A stretch of 63,739 bases of DNA, counting the filler, from Folioceros fuciformis (Eukaryota): assembly GCA_049999805.1 (NCBI GenBank). It is 7 parts of 6 records of this genome, joined end to end, with 100 filler letters (N's around TTAATTAATTAA, not from the genome) between each part and the next. Parts side by side here need not be neighbours in the genome. Positions count along the whole stretch, not along the records: positions 45,684 to 57,819 come from JBNGIO010006090.1; positions 57,920 to 60,134 come from JBNGIO010006092.1; 5 more parts are not named here. One strand, 5' to 3'. The position numbers and the translations under genes are program-made. The stretch's first letter is position 1, and every line of letters begins with the position of its first letter. Under the pieces are notes generated by a model. The model searched no databases. It worked only from the letters and a program-made list of their open reading frames with translations, and was not told the DNA's origin. Below are positions 47,454 to 60,129 of this stretch, in pieces.

Positions 47454-48629
47454 CTGCCAACAAGTAGCCCTCCATGAAACAATGCATGAGACAGGGGAAG
47501 AGGGTGCGCTGTCAAAGAATGGTTCGCCAGCAATTCGTGGAGCAGAAATAGAGGGCCTTCTGCCTCAAGGAGGATTCTCGGCAGCACAAGTGATAGAGAA
47601 GGAGGTGACTCTGAAAGGAGTTTCTTCAACAGTGTCGGCAGGAGGAGCATAAGGTGTGTTGCTGGAGGGAGTCTCTTCAGCAGCACCGACACAAGGAATA
47701 GAAGGCACGCTGTTGGAAGGAGTCTCTTCAACGCACAAGCAATCGGGAAAGAAGACGTGTTGCCAGAAGGGGGCTCTTCAACAGCACACGCGGTGGAGGA
47801 AGAGGGGGCGCTGCTAGTGAAGGGTTCTTCTCCAGTGGCTATTCCTGCAGCTTCAGATGGCGAGGTGTTACCATTGGTGCAAGGAGGAGCTTTCTTGGCA
47901 ATGTTTTCAAGGCAGGGAAGCAGACGGTTGCTAGAATTCAATTCCTCCTCTCAAGAGCAGAGCAGTGACAATAGGGAGTTAGTGGGGAGTGAGTCGAAAA
48001 CGGTTACGAAACCGTATGCACCGCAAGTGTTTGAGCCGGGTATAGAGCAAGAGAAAGAGGTGGATAGACCAAGGTGGGAGGAAGAGTAGACGCGAGAAGC
48101 CGACATTGGAGAGGAAGGAGAACTTCGCAACGACAACCAAGATTTGCTGCGGCTTTAGTGGAATTTGCTGCAAACACATAGGTTTTCCAGAGAAGAGTCG
48201 CGATAATTGCGGGAGGAAACAGAACTTGAGGTGGAAGAGCTCATAGCAAAGATTACTGTGCGGACAGCGGAAAGGGCCAAGCTTTTAGTGCTACTGAAGG
48301 ATTTGCAGGCAAAGGAGGTAGAGAAGAGGCGCCAGCTGGAGGAGATTGTTTCTACAGAGTTGCTTTCTAAAGGGGGAACGACCTCTGTTTTCAGCACGCT
48401 CAAGGGCAAACAGCTGGATGTTGCATATGAAGTGATAACTAGGCAGTATTAGCAACTTAAGAAGGGTGAGTCGCCGCAGGTGAAAGGTGGAGTTGGAAGC
48501 AAGCGGAAAGCCACAGAGGAGCCAAGGCGAGTGGAAGATTATCACGAGAGAGATCCTCCCAGAAGGAGTTCAAGCTATCAAGCCAGAAGGGGAAGGACGT
48601 ATCGTAGAGGCTTCGCAAGATGGAAGGTT

Positions 48630-50500
48630 GGTTAATTCCCCTCATAGAGTGGCGTGGAATCATGTCATACAACAACAGCGAGTGGGTGGCTTACGGCTAG
48701 TGAACCCCTTGTGTAAGATGAAGGCTCTACATTTGCATTGGGCTATTAAAGCAAACAATCTAGCTCGCTATCCGTGGAAAAGCCTTTTGAGACGGAATCC
48801 TGATCACACTCAAGCGGTCCCGCAAGGTAGAAGGTCATATGACAACATCCTAGCAGAGGAACCGCTGTTAGACACTTAAGGCTGTTCCCCATTGTTCAGG
48901 TCCATTTGGAGCAGCTTCATGGAAGTGCAATTTCTGTTGATCCCGACCCCGCCTGCAAATAGTGATGATGTCTTAGGTACCCCCTTGTAAGGCTTTCGGA
49001 AGCTGTGGGTACCAGAGTTTGTACGCGAGTGTACTGCTCGCAAATTTTTAGGGCTGACAATTGCAAAGGGGTTTACCATCTAGGGCACCTATGGTGCAGG
49101 GTTGAAAGTTGCTGGAAAGAGGTCAGGGAGATTCGGAAGGAATTTGGCATCTTGCTGCAATATATTCGTCTTATGTTAACCTAGCTGCAAGAAGGAATGG
49201 AAGTGGTAATGAAGCAAGCTTTAATTCTGAAATCAGCAAAAGCTGAAGAGGAGTGGGGAGCCTATGGCATGGAGGAGTAGGGGGGAGATTCAGACACTAG
49301 AAACCAAGAGGGTTTTGTAGAACTTGATTGGGCAATATACACCTCGACACAAACAGGGGATGGAGGCTCAAGGTCCTTTAGGGTGGTGTCAACAGAGGGA
49401 TTCTTAGAGAAACAAGGTAGGAGTGAAGGACAACTTTCTCGATTGTCCCTGTTGCCCATTACAATCTTAACGAGGTCGACGCGAGCAGGACGGTGGCTTA
49501 CCCTGGAAGAGCAAAATACTCACTCAACTCCCATGAGCAAGCCATTGACCCGATGCTGGATTCGCCTGGTAGAGAATTGGCAACTAACTCTACACCCTGA
49601 TCTCTTCAGGTGGCCTAAGCGGCCAAGTGGCTAGCAAGGGAGCTCCAGGTCCTTTTTAAACTATCAAACGTCGGATATCTACCTTTATTTGGTTCGCTCA
49701 CAAAAAATCAGACAGCGGCAACCGTTGGCACATAGATGGAGCATATCCATAGGCATCAGAAGGCAGCCCTCCACCTTCTTTGGACAACGGTCGGAATTCC
49801 CCCTAAGGTTAGATTGGCGGTTTGGTGCCTCTTTCAGGCTTGTCTACCTAACGTAGATCGCTGGGATGGGCTGTTAGTTGCGGTAGGGGAGGAAACATGC
49901 AGACTATGCAGCAGTGGGGCCCCTCATAAAAGCCAACATATGTTCTTTCAATGTGGGTTTGCCCGAGAGGTCTAGCAGGAGGTGGAGGTCTGGATGCAAC
50001 TACTCTTTCCTTTGTTAAATCTGGTGCTCACTGAATAGTCCGCCCTCTTTGGTCTAGATCAAGCAATCTTGTAACCCATTGATGCCAAATCAATGGTGGG
50101 CTTTGGTGTGGAGTTCATGCATCTTTTGCCTCCCGTGCAATTGGACAGGTGTTGTTTATGGCGGCAAGTCTTCGACGACTAGGCAGTGCTATGGTGTGTT
50201 TGGGAACAAGTCTCAACGGCGGCAAAGAATCTTCAAGCAACCTCTCCCCGTAGATTTAAACGGAAGGATGGGAAGTTTGCAAGCGTTCTGTAGTCAGGGC
50301 GCGATGGTACGTGGATTTATAAATGCCCTTGGGGAGGCTAATGAGGAAATCAAGACGGACAATGCCCCCTCACTCGCTTTTAACTTAGAGTGTTGGGATA
50401 GTGTAAGTTCCCTAGACATAGTGTTGTAATCCTCTTAATAGGCTTTTGCTCTATAATTTGAACGCATTTTTGCGAAAATGTGATCGAGGCTATTAACAAA
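48630..50500 (+). mobile_element. Degenerate L1-type LINE ORF2 3' remnant
   Basis: RVAWNHVIQQQRVGGLRLVNP...ALHLHW and a zf-RVT-like LWTTVGIPPKVRLAVW...CRLC...HMFFQCGFAREV. Many stops. Confidence 0.75.
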
Positions 50501-52858
50501 AGAGAGAAGTGCATAATCAACTTAAAGTGTTTGTGGGGGAGTGAGAATGGAATTCTTTCCATGAAGCAAAGCATCCGGGAGATGTCCAAAGGTGGATATG
50601 TTCAGACTACATGATTTAAGACTTTTTCATGGAGAGGAAGGTTCTATATGGTTTGACAATGTTCTTACACAATGGATAGTGATGAGACCTAGAGGAAAGA
50701 TGAAGTTGGCATAAGGTAAGGTGCAATTGAGAGCGCATCTGCTTATAGTCTACATCAAACCAAGGGTGGCAAGGGTTCCTCAAATTGCAGGTAGGGTAAG
50801 AGAATCTAAAAGGGAAAACTAAGCGAGTAGGGGAGAGAAAAAGCAGAAGCAAAGGTGGTAGCAGGAGAAAAGAAAGGGAGGTTGGCGGGAATAGAAGTGA
50901 TGAAAATATGAGATAATTGAGGAGCAAGATCATGTGAGAGAGCAAACCTAGTAGTGAGGCTGGTTAAAGGAGGAGAAGAGAGTTTATGCGTAAAGAAAAT
51001 AATAAAATCTAGATAGTCAGCAATCCACTCTATAGAGACAAAGTCAAAGATCTTTCACATAAAAAGGTGAGAAGGAAGATGAACATCACCAGTAATGTAA
51101 TCCAGCTTAAAAGTCTATGGAACTGAATTTTTTTTTACCAAAACTATGGGCCAATAAGATAAACTATTAAAGATAGAAAGCCAGGAACCAAGAAGTGCCA
51201 AAAACCTTGAGGAGCCCTTGAGACTATGGCTTGGGATAAGAAAAAATTGCAACACTCCCTTCCTTACACAACATAAAAGGAAAAAACAGCCTCGGATCTC
51301 ATCTATTCACTTCGCAACGCTCTACTTACAGTGCACTCAACTTCCTCTCACATGACTCAACACTAGGCTCCAAGACGAGCTCCTCTAGATGCTACTCTTT
51401 CTTCAAGATACTTATAAAAGAGTCTGGCAATCTACACCGCACTAGTTATTGCCCTAAACTCAATCTAACAGGCTTGCTCCTCAAGCCCTCCACAACTATC
51501 TCTCAATATTAGACTTCTCACTGTCTATCTCTCTTTGTCTTCTCAAGGCCTCAACATTGGCCTATTTATACTCCACAGCTAACACTACTAAAGCTAGGAA
51601 TCATACACACCTCTCATCTTATAATACTAGTGGTCCTTACAACTCCATCCTTCGACACCTCTCATCTTATAATACTAGTGGTCCTTACAACTCCATCCTT
51701 CTGAAGAGGTTTGCTTGGAACACACATCTTGTTTCCTAAGGCAGCAAGATGCATACTTGCTTCTTCATCAAGACGACTCTAGATTTAACTTTCATTTTTT
51801 TACTTTTAAATTTTACCTTATTTCACTTGTGTTAGATGAACTATTAAAAATAAAAGACCAGGAACCAAGAAATGACGAAAACTTGAGGAGCCCTTCAAGA
51901 CTGCGGCTTGGGATAGGAATGACCTAGGGGTTTTGCAATGTGTGCGTTTTGACACCTTTCACCCGAGACGTTAGCTCCCTACCTAGGCTGGGTGAACCTA
52001 AATATGCACGAGTGTACGTGAACTTGAAGCGAGCGGCTATCGTTCTCCGTACCTGCTATCTTCCGGCGCTGTCGCCAGTGGGTGGCTGGATTTGTCGGGT
52101 ATGGTCTACATAACTCACTTAGGACGTCAAGATTCCGTTCCTGCAGCAGCAGTAGACACCGAGTCGATCAGCAGTCTGTTCTCGGATCTGTTCGGGAGCA
52201 GATAATCCTAAGCGTTATCGAGTATCGGAAGACCTTTCTTCTCACGGAGGACTCGCACCGCCGCCCTGGCCCTTGGGGCTGTCTTGGGACGGCCTCACTA
52301 CAAGCGGCTACACATCAGCGGATGTACATTTTTATGCGAGTAGGCCTGAATTTCAGTGTCGGCACAGGATTAGTGGGGGCAGGCGGGATGGCATGCGTGG
52401 AGCTTGGTGAGGAGCTCTGATGATTTGTGGATGCAGCGTCAAGCATCATCTCGCCCTCTCGTGTTATTTTGACTCCCTCACCCAGCTACATATTACCGTC
52501 AGCTTGAAAGCAGCCACGTGCTGCTGCAGTTTTGGTAGGAAAGGCGAAGTTGCAGCATTTCTAGTTTCCAGTTTGTCCGTACCAGATCGGCTCCACGTGC
52601 AACTTTTGTGCATTCCGGATTGTGAATTTTGGGCCTTCCAATGTTGGCGAGCCTGCTGGATTCGCTGATCTCGCACATTGGGCTTTCAGCACGAATCTTA
52701 ACTCCACAACCGCGCGCCAGCCTTTGTTCAGTATGACCCGTGCACAGTTCCTCATGATCAGCCTGAGCCTGAGGCCTCCTATTCCGACTTTCTAAACACG
52801 AAGTTAGCCAGAGGTTAGACTGCCGTGCGGTGCTGTGTGTTGCCGTACCTGTGTGTAA

Positions 52859-55131
52859 ATGGCTGGCAACGAGGGATTCAATCCTCATGGTCTTAGGATA
52901 CTCGTGGTGGACGACAATGAAGTTGAACTTTTTATTCTAAAGCACATGCTCGTAGGATGCTGCTACAATGGTTAGTAGCCCATGGGTTTTTGTAAGTTAT
53001 TCAGTTGGTTGGGCCTCCGCATTGTGCAATTGCGTTACGGTTGTTTTTGCTATCCTTGTCTAGAAGGTTGCTGTTGCTGTTTCTCTGACTCTTCCAATTG
53101 GCTTTTTGCACTTATCTTGCCCATGCTTTAATGGTGTGCTCTGGCCTACTCTGCTGCCCTGGGACAGTTACGACAACTAATCGGGCGGAGGAGGCTCTAG
53201 CAATGTTAAGAGAGCATCCCGACAATTTTGATTTGGTCCTCAGTGATGTGATGATGCCAGACATGGACGGGTTTAAGTTGCTGGAAATGATAGGACTCAC
53301 CATGGACTTGCCTGTAATCAGTGAGTCTGACTGGCTTGCAATGTTACTCCCTGCAATTGTGAATGTTAGCCTTCTCGTAACATGCCTAATGTTTTGTTGG
53401 TTTTGTCGTGTATCCTGCAGTGATGTCTGCTAATGCTGAAACAAGTGTGGTCATGAAAGGAATTACGCACGGGGCATGTGACTACCTGATAAAGCCAGTA
53501 AGGATAGAGGAGTTGAAGAACATCTGGCAGCATGTCATTAGGAAGCGAGTGAGAGAACACTTAAAGGATGAAACTGTGGGGGATACAGATGATACCGCAA
53601 GGACCCTAGGGGAACAAGATCAGTTTCCGAAGAAGAGGAAAGAAAAGTTCACTGTGCTGGATGAACCGACAGAAGACTTAAATAGTTTGAAAAAGGCTAG
53701 GGTGCTATGGTCCAAGGAGCTTCATGAGCAATTTGTTCAAGCTGTCAACCACATAGGAATTGACAGTATGTGGACACATTTTTTTTTTATGCATTTCCAT
53801 CTTTTTAAGTCTCCCGTCGCATTAGGTGTGGTTCACTGTATGTGGTGGTAGGATGACTGCTATCCGATGCTGCAAAATAACAGTGTGCCCTTCAATTGTT
53901 ATGAACAGAAGCAGTGCCAACTCGAATTTTAGAAGTCATGAACGTTCAAGGACTCACTCGAGAAAATATTGCCAGTCATTTGCAGGTTAGTTTGATGCGC
54001 CCTGAGTGTTTATTTACCATGTCACACTAGGAGTGCAAGCTACGTTTGATTGGTTGTGTTGTACGTGAACGCCGAAATGTCCTAGTTGGTTCTGGTGAAC
54101 GTTATAGTTTCATAAGCAAGTGGCTTAAGGGCAAACTTATGTGGGTGAGGCTTTATGTTTCTAGGCTGTGCCAGTCACTGCCGTTAAGGCCGATGGTTGA
54201 GTCATGTTGCACCAGAAAAAAGCTTTATTTGGACGGGTGTGTACAGAAATATCGAATGTATCTGAAGCGGTTGAGTGGCATACCATTGCAACCGCACCCT
54301 GTAGCCTCATTCAAGGCTTCTGGATCTGGAGGTTTTGGAGGCGTAATGCACATCCAACCTGGAGGAAAGATATCATCTGTTTCGTCTGGAACCAAAGGAG
54401 TGAATCTTGGTTCTGGGCTGAACTCTAACCTGGGAAGGGGGGCAGGCGGTAGTGGTCCAATTGATCGATCTACTTTACTCACCTTATCCCAGCTGCAAGA
54501 GAGGCAGAGGGCAGTTGCCCCAACTACGACAGCAACAAATGTAGGGCAGATAAGCGGGGGAACGAATGTACGATCCGCAGCTAGCTGGCAGTTCCATCCT
54601 CTTCAAAGAATGAGCTCTGCCGAACTGGACAATCTGATGTTTGCAGCTCACGAGGATTGTGTTGCACAGCAACGACTAAACTGCATTCCAGTGATAAAAG
54701 ATGATTTGGGATCGTCGCCAGGGTTAAGAACTATGAGGATTGGGGAAGAGATGAGCGTATTGGCAGGCCTGGGGAACGTAGGTTCTGGGGAAATGGAAAC
54801 TTTGGCGGACTTGAGGACCTCGAAAATGGAGCACGTAGAAGTGGCAGATGTAGGTGAGCTTGGCTTGGATAAATTTAGAGATTTTGGAAGCCCGTCCCCT
54901 TTGTCGACGGTTTCAACTATGAGTGGCGGAGTAGGGTCGGAATCCAGCTTTGGTACGTACACGGAATTTGCCGCGGGTAGAGATTTTTTGGCTTCTTCAC
55001 CGCCAGAATTTGGTCTACCTGCTGAAGGTGGTCTCGTCCAGAGCAAAGGGGATAGGGGCCGAGCTGGTGGGGGTGTTCCGTATGGGTCACATTCCCTACA
55101 CGGCCAAGAAGAGTTTGCGCGTCCCAGTTGA
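52859..55131 (+). CDS. Type-B response regulator (receiver + GARP/Myb domain; cytokinin signalling), multi-exon
   Basis: [29 protein letters not shown] (phospho-Asp), [42 protein letters not shown] and [15 protein letters not shown] across GT-AG introns. Confidence 0.93.
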
Positions 55132-55455
55132 TGCATGAACGCTTGGTACTGACCTCTCCCTGCTGCGGACGTCCTTTGCGCCGTGAATGTACAGTCCTAA
55201 GGAGGTTCCTGCGAACAGTCTGCTGCGTGATTGGGATAGTTTGTAAAGCTGAAATAGTGGTTGGGGTCCCTGTCAGATAAATTAGGTACTTATCATCGTA
55301 GGGAGAAACATCGGCTTCTCTACTATATTATGTTTGCTTTAATATATTAGTTCCCACCTGCCCTTTCCGGTTTTGGGACAGCTGGGCATACTAGCTATTC
55401 TTGTATTTATGTCAAAAGTTACATTAACACAAAGCCGGTGAGCACAGGTACTTGA

Positions 55456-56075
55456 CTATTAAGAGGGGCATTAGGCCAGTGAAGTGTATTTGTAGTGTTT
55501 AGCCTGAACATCATCTCCTTAGACATAAAGTCGGTGAGGGAAGTTAGTTGACGATTAAGGGAGGCATTAGGCCAGTGAAGTATATAGCTTGAATATTATC
55601 TCCTGAGAATTAAGGGAGGCATTAGGCAAGTGAAGTATATAGCTTGAATATCATCTCCTGAGGATTAAGGGAGGCATTAGGCCAGTGAAGTATATAGCTT
55701 GAATATCATCTCCTGAAGATTAAGGGAGGCATTAGGCCAGTGATTAAGGGAGGCGGTAGGCCAGTGATTAAGGGAGGCGGTAGGCCAGTGANNNNNNNNN
55801 NNNNNNNNNNNNNNNNNNNNNNNNNNNNNNNNNNNNNNNNNNNNNNNNNNNNNNNNNNNNNNNNNNNNNNNNNNNNNNNNNNNNNNNNNNNAAGGGAGGC
55901 GGTAGGCCAGTGATTAAGGGAGGCGGTAGGCCAGTGATTAAGGGAGGCATCAGGCCAGTGATTAAGGGGGGCGTTAGGCCAGTGAAGTGTATAGCTTGAA
56001 CATCTTAGCTTGAACATCTTCTTCTAAGAATTAAGGGTGGCATTAGGCTAGTGAAGTGTATATAGCTTGAATATC
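55456..56075. repeat. Minisatellite: ~59-bp units with an amplified 24-bp subunit ATTAAGGGAGGCGGTAGGCCAGTG
   Basis: Tandem units read directly; spans a 100-N gap. Confidence 0.85.
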
Positions 56076-56140
56076 ACCTCATTATGGGAAAAGCCACTAG
56101 GGGAAGGATGATGAATGCCCCGGCAAACAAACAATATAAG

Positions 56141-57151
56141 GAGCTATCAAGAGGGAAGGTCTTACCAGCCACGCTATCAAGAGGGAAGGTCTTAGGAGCT
56201 ACGCTATCAAGAGGGAAGGTCTTACCAGCCACGCTATCAAGAGGGAAGGTCTTACAAGCCACGCTATCAAGAGGGAAGGTCTTACAAGCCACGCTATTAA
56301 GTGGGAAGGTCTTACAAGCCACGCTATCAAGAGGGAAGGTCTTAGGAGCCACGCTATCAAGAGGGAAGGTCTTAGAAGGGAAGGTCTTAGGAGCCACGCT
56401 ATCAAGAGGGAAGGTCTTAGAAGCCACGCTATCAAGAGGGAAGGTNNNNNNNNNNCAAGAGGGAAGGTCTTAGAAGCCACGCTATCAAGAGGGAAGGTCT
56501 TACCAGCCACTCTATCAAGAGGGAAGGTCTTAGAAGCCACGCTATCAAGAGGGAAGGTCTTAGGACCCACAGGTCTTAGAAGCTCTTAGGACCCACAGGT
56601 CTTAGAAGCTACGCTATCAAGAGGGAAGGTCTTAGGAGCCACGCTATCAAGAGGGAAGGTCTTAGGAGCCACGCTATCAAGAGGGAAGGTCTTAGGAGCC
56701 ACGCTATCAAGAGNNNNNNNNNNNNNNNNNNNNNNNNNNNNNNNNNNNNNNNNNNNNNNNNNNNNNNNNNNNNNNNNNNNNNNNNNNNNNNNNNNNNNNN
56801 NNNNNNNNNNNNNCCACGCTATCAAGAGGGAAGGTCTTAGGACCCACAGGTCTTAGAAGCCACGCTATCAAGAGGGAAGGTCTTAGGACCCACAGGTCTT
56901 AGAAGCCACGCTATCAAGAGGGAAGGTCTTAGGACCCACAGGTCTTAGAAGCCACGCTATCAAGAGGGAAGGTCTTAGGACCCACAGGTCTTAGAAGCCA
57001 CGCTATCAAGAGGGAAGGTCTTAGGACCCACGCTATCAAGAGGGAAGGTCTTACCAGCCACGCTATCAAGAGGGAAGGTCTTACCAGCCACGCTATCAAG
57101 AGGGAAGGTCTTACCAGCTACTCTATCAAGAGGGAAGGTCTTAGGACCCAC
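56141..57151. repeat. 30-bp minisatellite ACGCTATCAAGAGGGAAGGTCTTAGGAGCC with 48-bp variants
   Basis: More than 20 tandem units with internal gaps. Confidence 0.92.
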
Positions 57152-57275
57152 ATAGGGAAGATAATAAGATATTTTGCATTGGAAGGAGGGGAGGGGTTTT
57201 CGGAGCTTTACAATGAAATACCTAGACTAGTAGAAAGTCATATAAAGCTTTGGCCTTCATGGCCATAGTCAAGCA

Positions 57276-57819
57276 TGTTGAGATGTCACCCCCGCCATGC
57301 TTAAAAGAGGTTAAAACAAGTTAGTTGAAGCAAGATGTAGAATCCCAAAAATAAGAGCACTATAACAAGGCTCTTAAACTCAAATAAAAAGAGAATTACA
57401 AAAACAACACAATACAAGTGAAGAGGGAGTTAGACTACAACTAATATTAGGTGGGTTCATCCCTTCTTTTATGGACCTATGGGTGGCACTCTCATTTCGT
57501 GCCCAATATGGGATAAATGACCCCAAACCTTACAATACGTTTTTGCCTAACATAACAAAGTCTAATAAGCTATATATATATATATATATATCATAACCTT
57601 AATCACTCTTACCACTAATTGGTGCACTAATTAATCTCAACATTAATCATGCTTAACACTCCCACTCAGCGCACTTGAGTTTGCTTCAGTCCAAGTAGTC
57701 CCCTGCATTTCTCAAACTTGAACTTACTCACTGCCTTGGTTAAGAAATCTGCAGCCATTTCCTCAGTGTTGCAATATTCAAAGGTAACCTCCAATAACTT
57801 CACCTTCTCACGTACAAAG
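57276..57819 (-). mobile_element. 3' end of another Copia-C-family copy (RNase H end, PPT, LTR 57276-57658)
   Basis: LTR closely matches 47053-47453 apart from small indels. PPT AGTGGGAG; RNase H tail YCNTEEMAADFLTKAV. Confidence 0.9.
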
Positions 57820-57919
57820 NNNNNNNNNNNNNNNNNNNNNNNNNNNNNNNNNNNNNNNNNNNNTTAATTAATTAANNNNNNNNNNNNNNNNNNNNNNNNN
57901 NNNNNNNNNNNNNNNNNNN

Positions 57920-60129
57920 ACACGGACTATGAGAGTAAGCAGAGACGTAGTCTTTGATGAAATGGGTAGCTGGTACTTTGAAGTACAAGGAAGTAGTGTA
58001 GGTGATGTGCTTGAAACTGAGGTAACAAGCAATGCAGGTCAACAATCACAAGTGTTGAGTGGACCGCAAGCGTCATCAAACTCGACAAATGTTCAGAATC
58101 CATGGAGTGGCAGATTGCGAGGTAGTGTGAGTCCTACGAGCTCCACAGCTGTGTCTCGCAAAGGGAAGGAAAAAGTCCAGGATTCAAAGATACCAGACCT
58201 AAGTGCAGGTGCGGATGATTCAAGCGACTCTGAGCAGAGCTTGGATGAGGGATTCGGTGTACCGAAAATCGAAACACCTGGTGCAAAAGAGGTTCAATCA
58301 GCCCCTGGAAGTGGTTCAATCCCACGGAGATCTGGAAGGCAGAAGGTTCCAATACAGCGGTTGACCTATGATAGCTATGTAGCTAGGCACCATGCCTATA
58401 TGGCAAAGGTTGTACAGGATGTGGAACCAAGAAGCTTTGAAGAAGCTATTGGAGACACAAAGTGGGAACATGCTATGGATGAAGAAATGAATGCGTTAAA
58501 TCGGAATGCAACATGGGATCTAGTACAACTACCTGAAGGCAAGAAACCAATAGGTTGCAAATGGGTGTACAAGGTCAAACACAATGCAGATGGTAGTATC
58601 AACAGGTACAAGGCAAGGCTTGTGGCCAAGGGATATGCCCAGACATATGGAATAGATTTTGAGGAGACGTTCAGTCCAGTTGCCAAAATGGCAACAATTC
58701 GAACCGTGATCGCACTAGCGGCATCGAAAGGTTGGGTCCTACATCATATGGATGTGAAGAATGCGTTTTTACATGGAGAATTGCTGGAAGAAGTATACAT
58801 GGACCAGCCACCAGGATATGAGGATTTGGATCATCCAAATCATGTGTGCAAGCTGAAAAGAACGTTGTACGGATTGAAGCAAGCCCCGAGGGCTTGGCAT
58901 GAGCGTCTTGCTCAGCATCTGATTCACATCGGATTCAACATGGCAGATGCGGATCATTCGTTGTATGTGTGCAAAAGTACAAAACGACTGGTCTTTGTGA
59001 CCATTTATGTGGATGATCTAATCATTGGAGGTAATCAGTTGGATCAAGTGGAGCATATCAAGGAACTTCTACAACAAGAGTTCAAGATGGCGGACCTAGG
59101 TGAACTGAGGTTCTTTTTGGGCATTGAAATTATACGAACCAACACAGGCATTTGGCTGTCACAGCGGAAGTATGCGTCGGATGTACTAACTAAGTATGGT
59201 ATGGTTGAGTGCAAGCCAATCTCGATTCCTTTGGATCAAAATCTAAAGCTCAGTGCTCATGATGGTGAAGCACTTGAAGATCCAACAATGTACAGGAAGA
59301 TTGTGGGTAGCTTGATATATCTCACTCTATCCCGACCAGATTTGAACTATACAGTGGGATTGCAAAGTCAGTTTATGCAGGCGCCAAGAAAGCCACATTT
59401 GGATGCAGTAAGGCGAACGTTGCGCTATGTGAAGGNNNNNNNNNNNNNNNNNNNNNNNNNNNNNNNNNNNNNNNNNNNNNNNNNNNNNNNNNNNNNNNNN
59501 NNNNNNNNNNNNNNNNNNNNNNNNNNNNNNNNNNNTTGCAAAGTCAGTTTATGCAGGCGCCAAGAAAGCCACATTTGGATGTAGTAAGGCAAACGTTGCG
59601 CTATGTGAAGGCAACTATGGATCATGCTCTCTTTTATGTTGCAGATTTAGAAATAAACCTGTGTGGGTACACAGATGCAGATTGGGCAGGCAGTGTTACT
59701 GATCGTAGATCTACAAGTGGATTCATTTTTTCACTTGGGAGTGCAGCAATTACATGGAGTAGCAAGAAGCAGCATACAGTGGCTTTGTCTAGTACAGAAG
59801 CTGAATACAGAGGCGCGGCAATGGCAGCATGTGAAGTGACTTGGATTTGTAAGTTACTCGGAGATTTTGGATTGCAGGTCAACGACAAGGTTGTTATCTA
59901 CTGTGACAATCTTAGCAGCATACAGTTGGCGCGAAACCCAGAGTTTCATGCCAGGACAAAACACATTGAAATACATTATCATTTTCTTCGCGAAAGGATT
60001 TTATCTGGAGCTATTGATCTTGTGTATGTCAACACAGACGAGCAGATAGCCGATATATTTACTAAGCCAATGGGAGCAGAGAAGCTGAAGAAATTCCGAG
60101 CTATGTTAGGCGTACAGATGCTATGTTGA
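57920..60129 (+). mobile_element. Copia pol fragment (RT and RNase H)
   Basis: [47 protein letters not shown] and HARTKHIEIHYHF. Confidence 0.93.

Noticed and set aside
51170-51920. ~80-bp dispersed direct repeat and a 49-bp tandem duplication
   Set aside because: No TG...CA ends, TSD or coding content, so I could not define an element.
56074-56570. Repeat-peptide ORFs (KTFPLDSVA / ATLSRGKVL)
   Set aside because: By-product of a 30-bp unit divisible by three; no gene structure.
47053-57658. Single LTR element that captured the response regulator
   Set aside because: PBS and PPT face outward and there is no shared TSD; these are two independent copies.
59361-59610. Apparent duplication in Copia RT around an N gap (similarly 20597-20710)
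   Set aside because: Near-identical sequence on both sides of a gap is typical of unmerged contig overlap.
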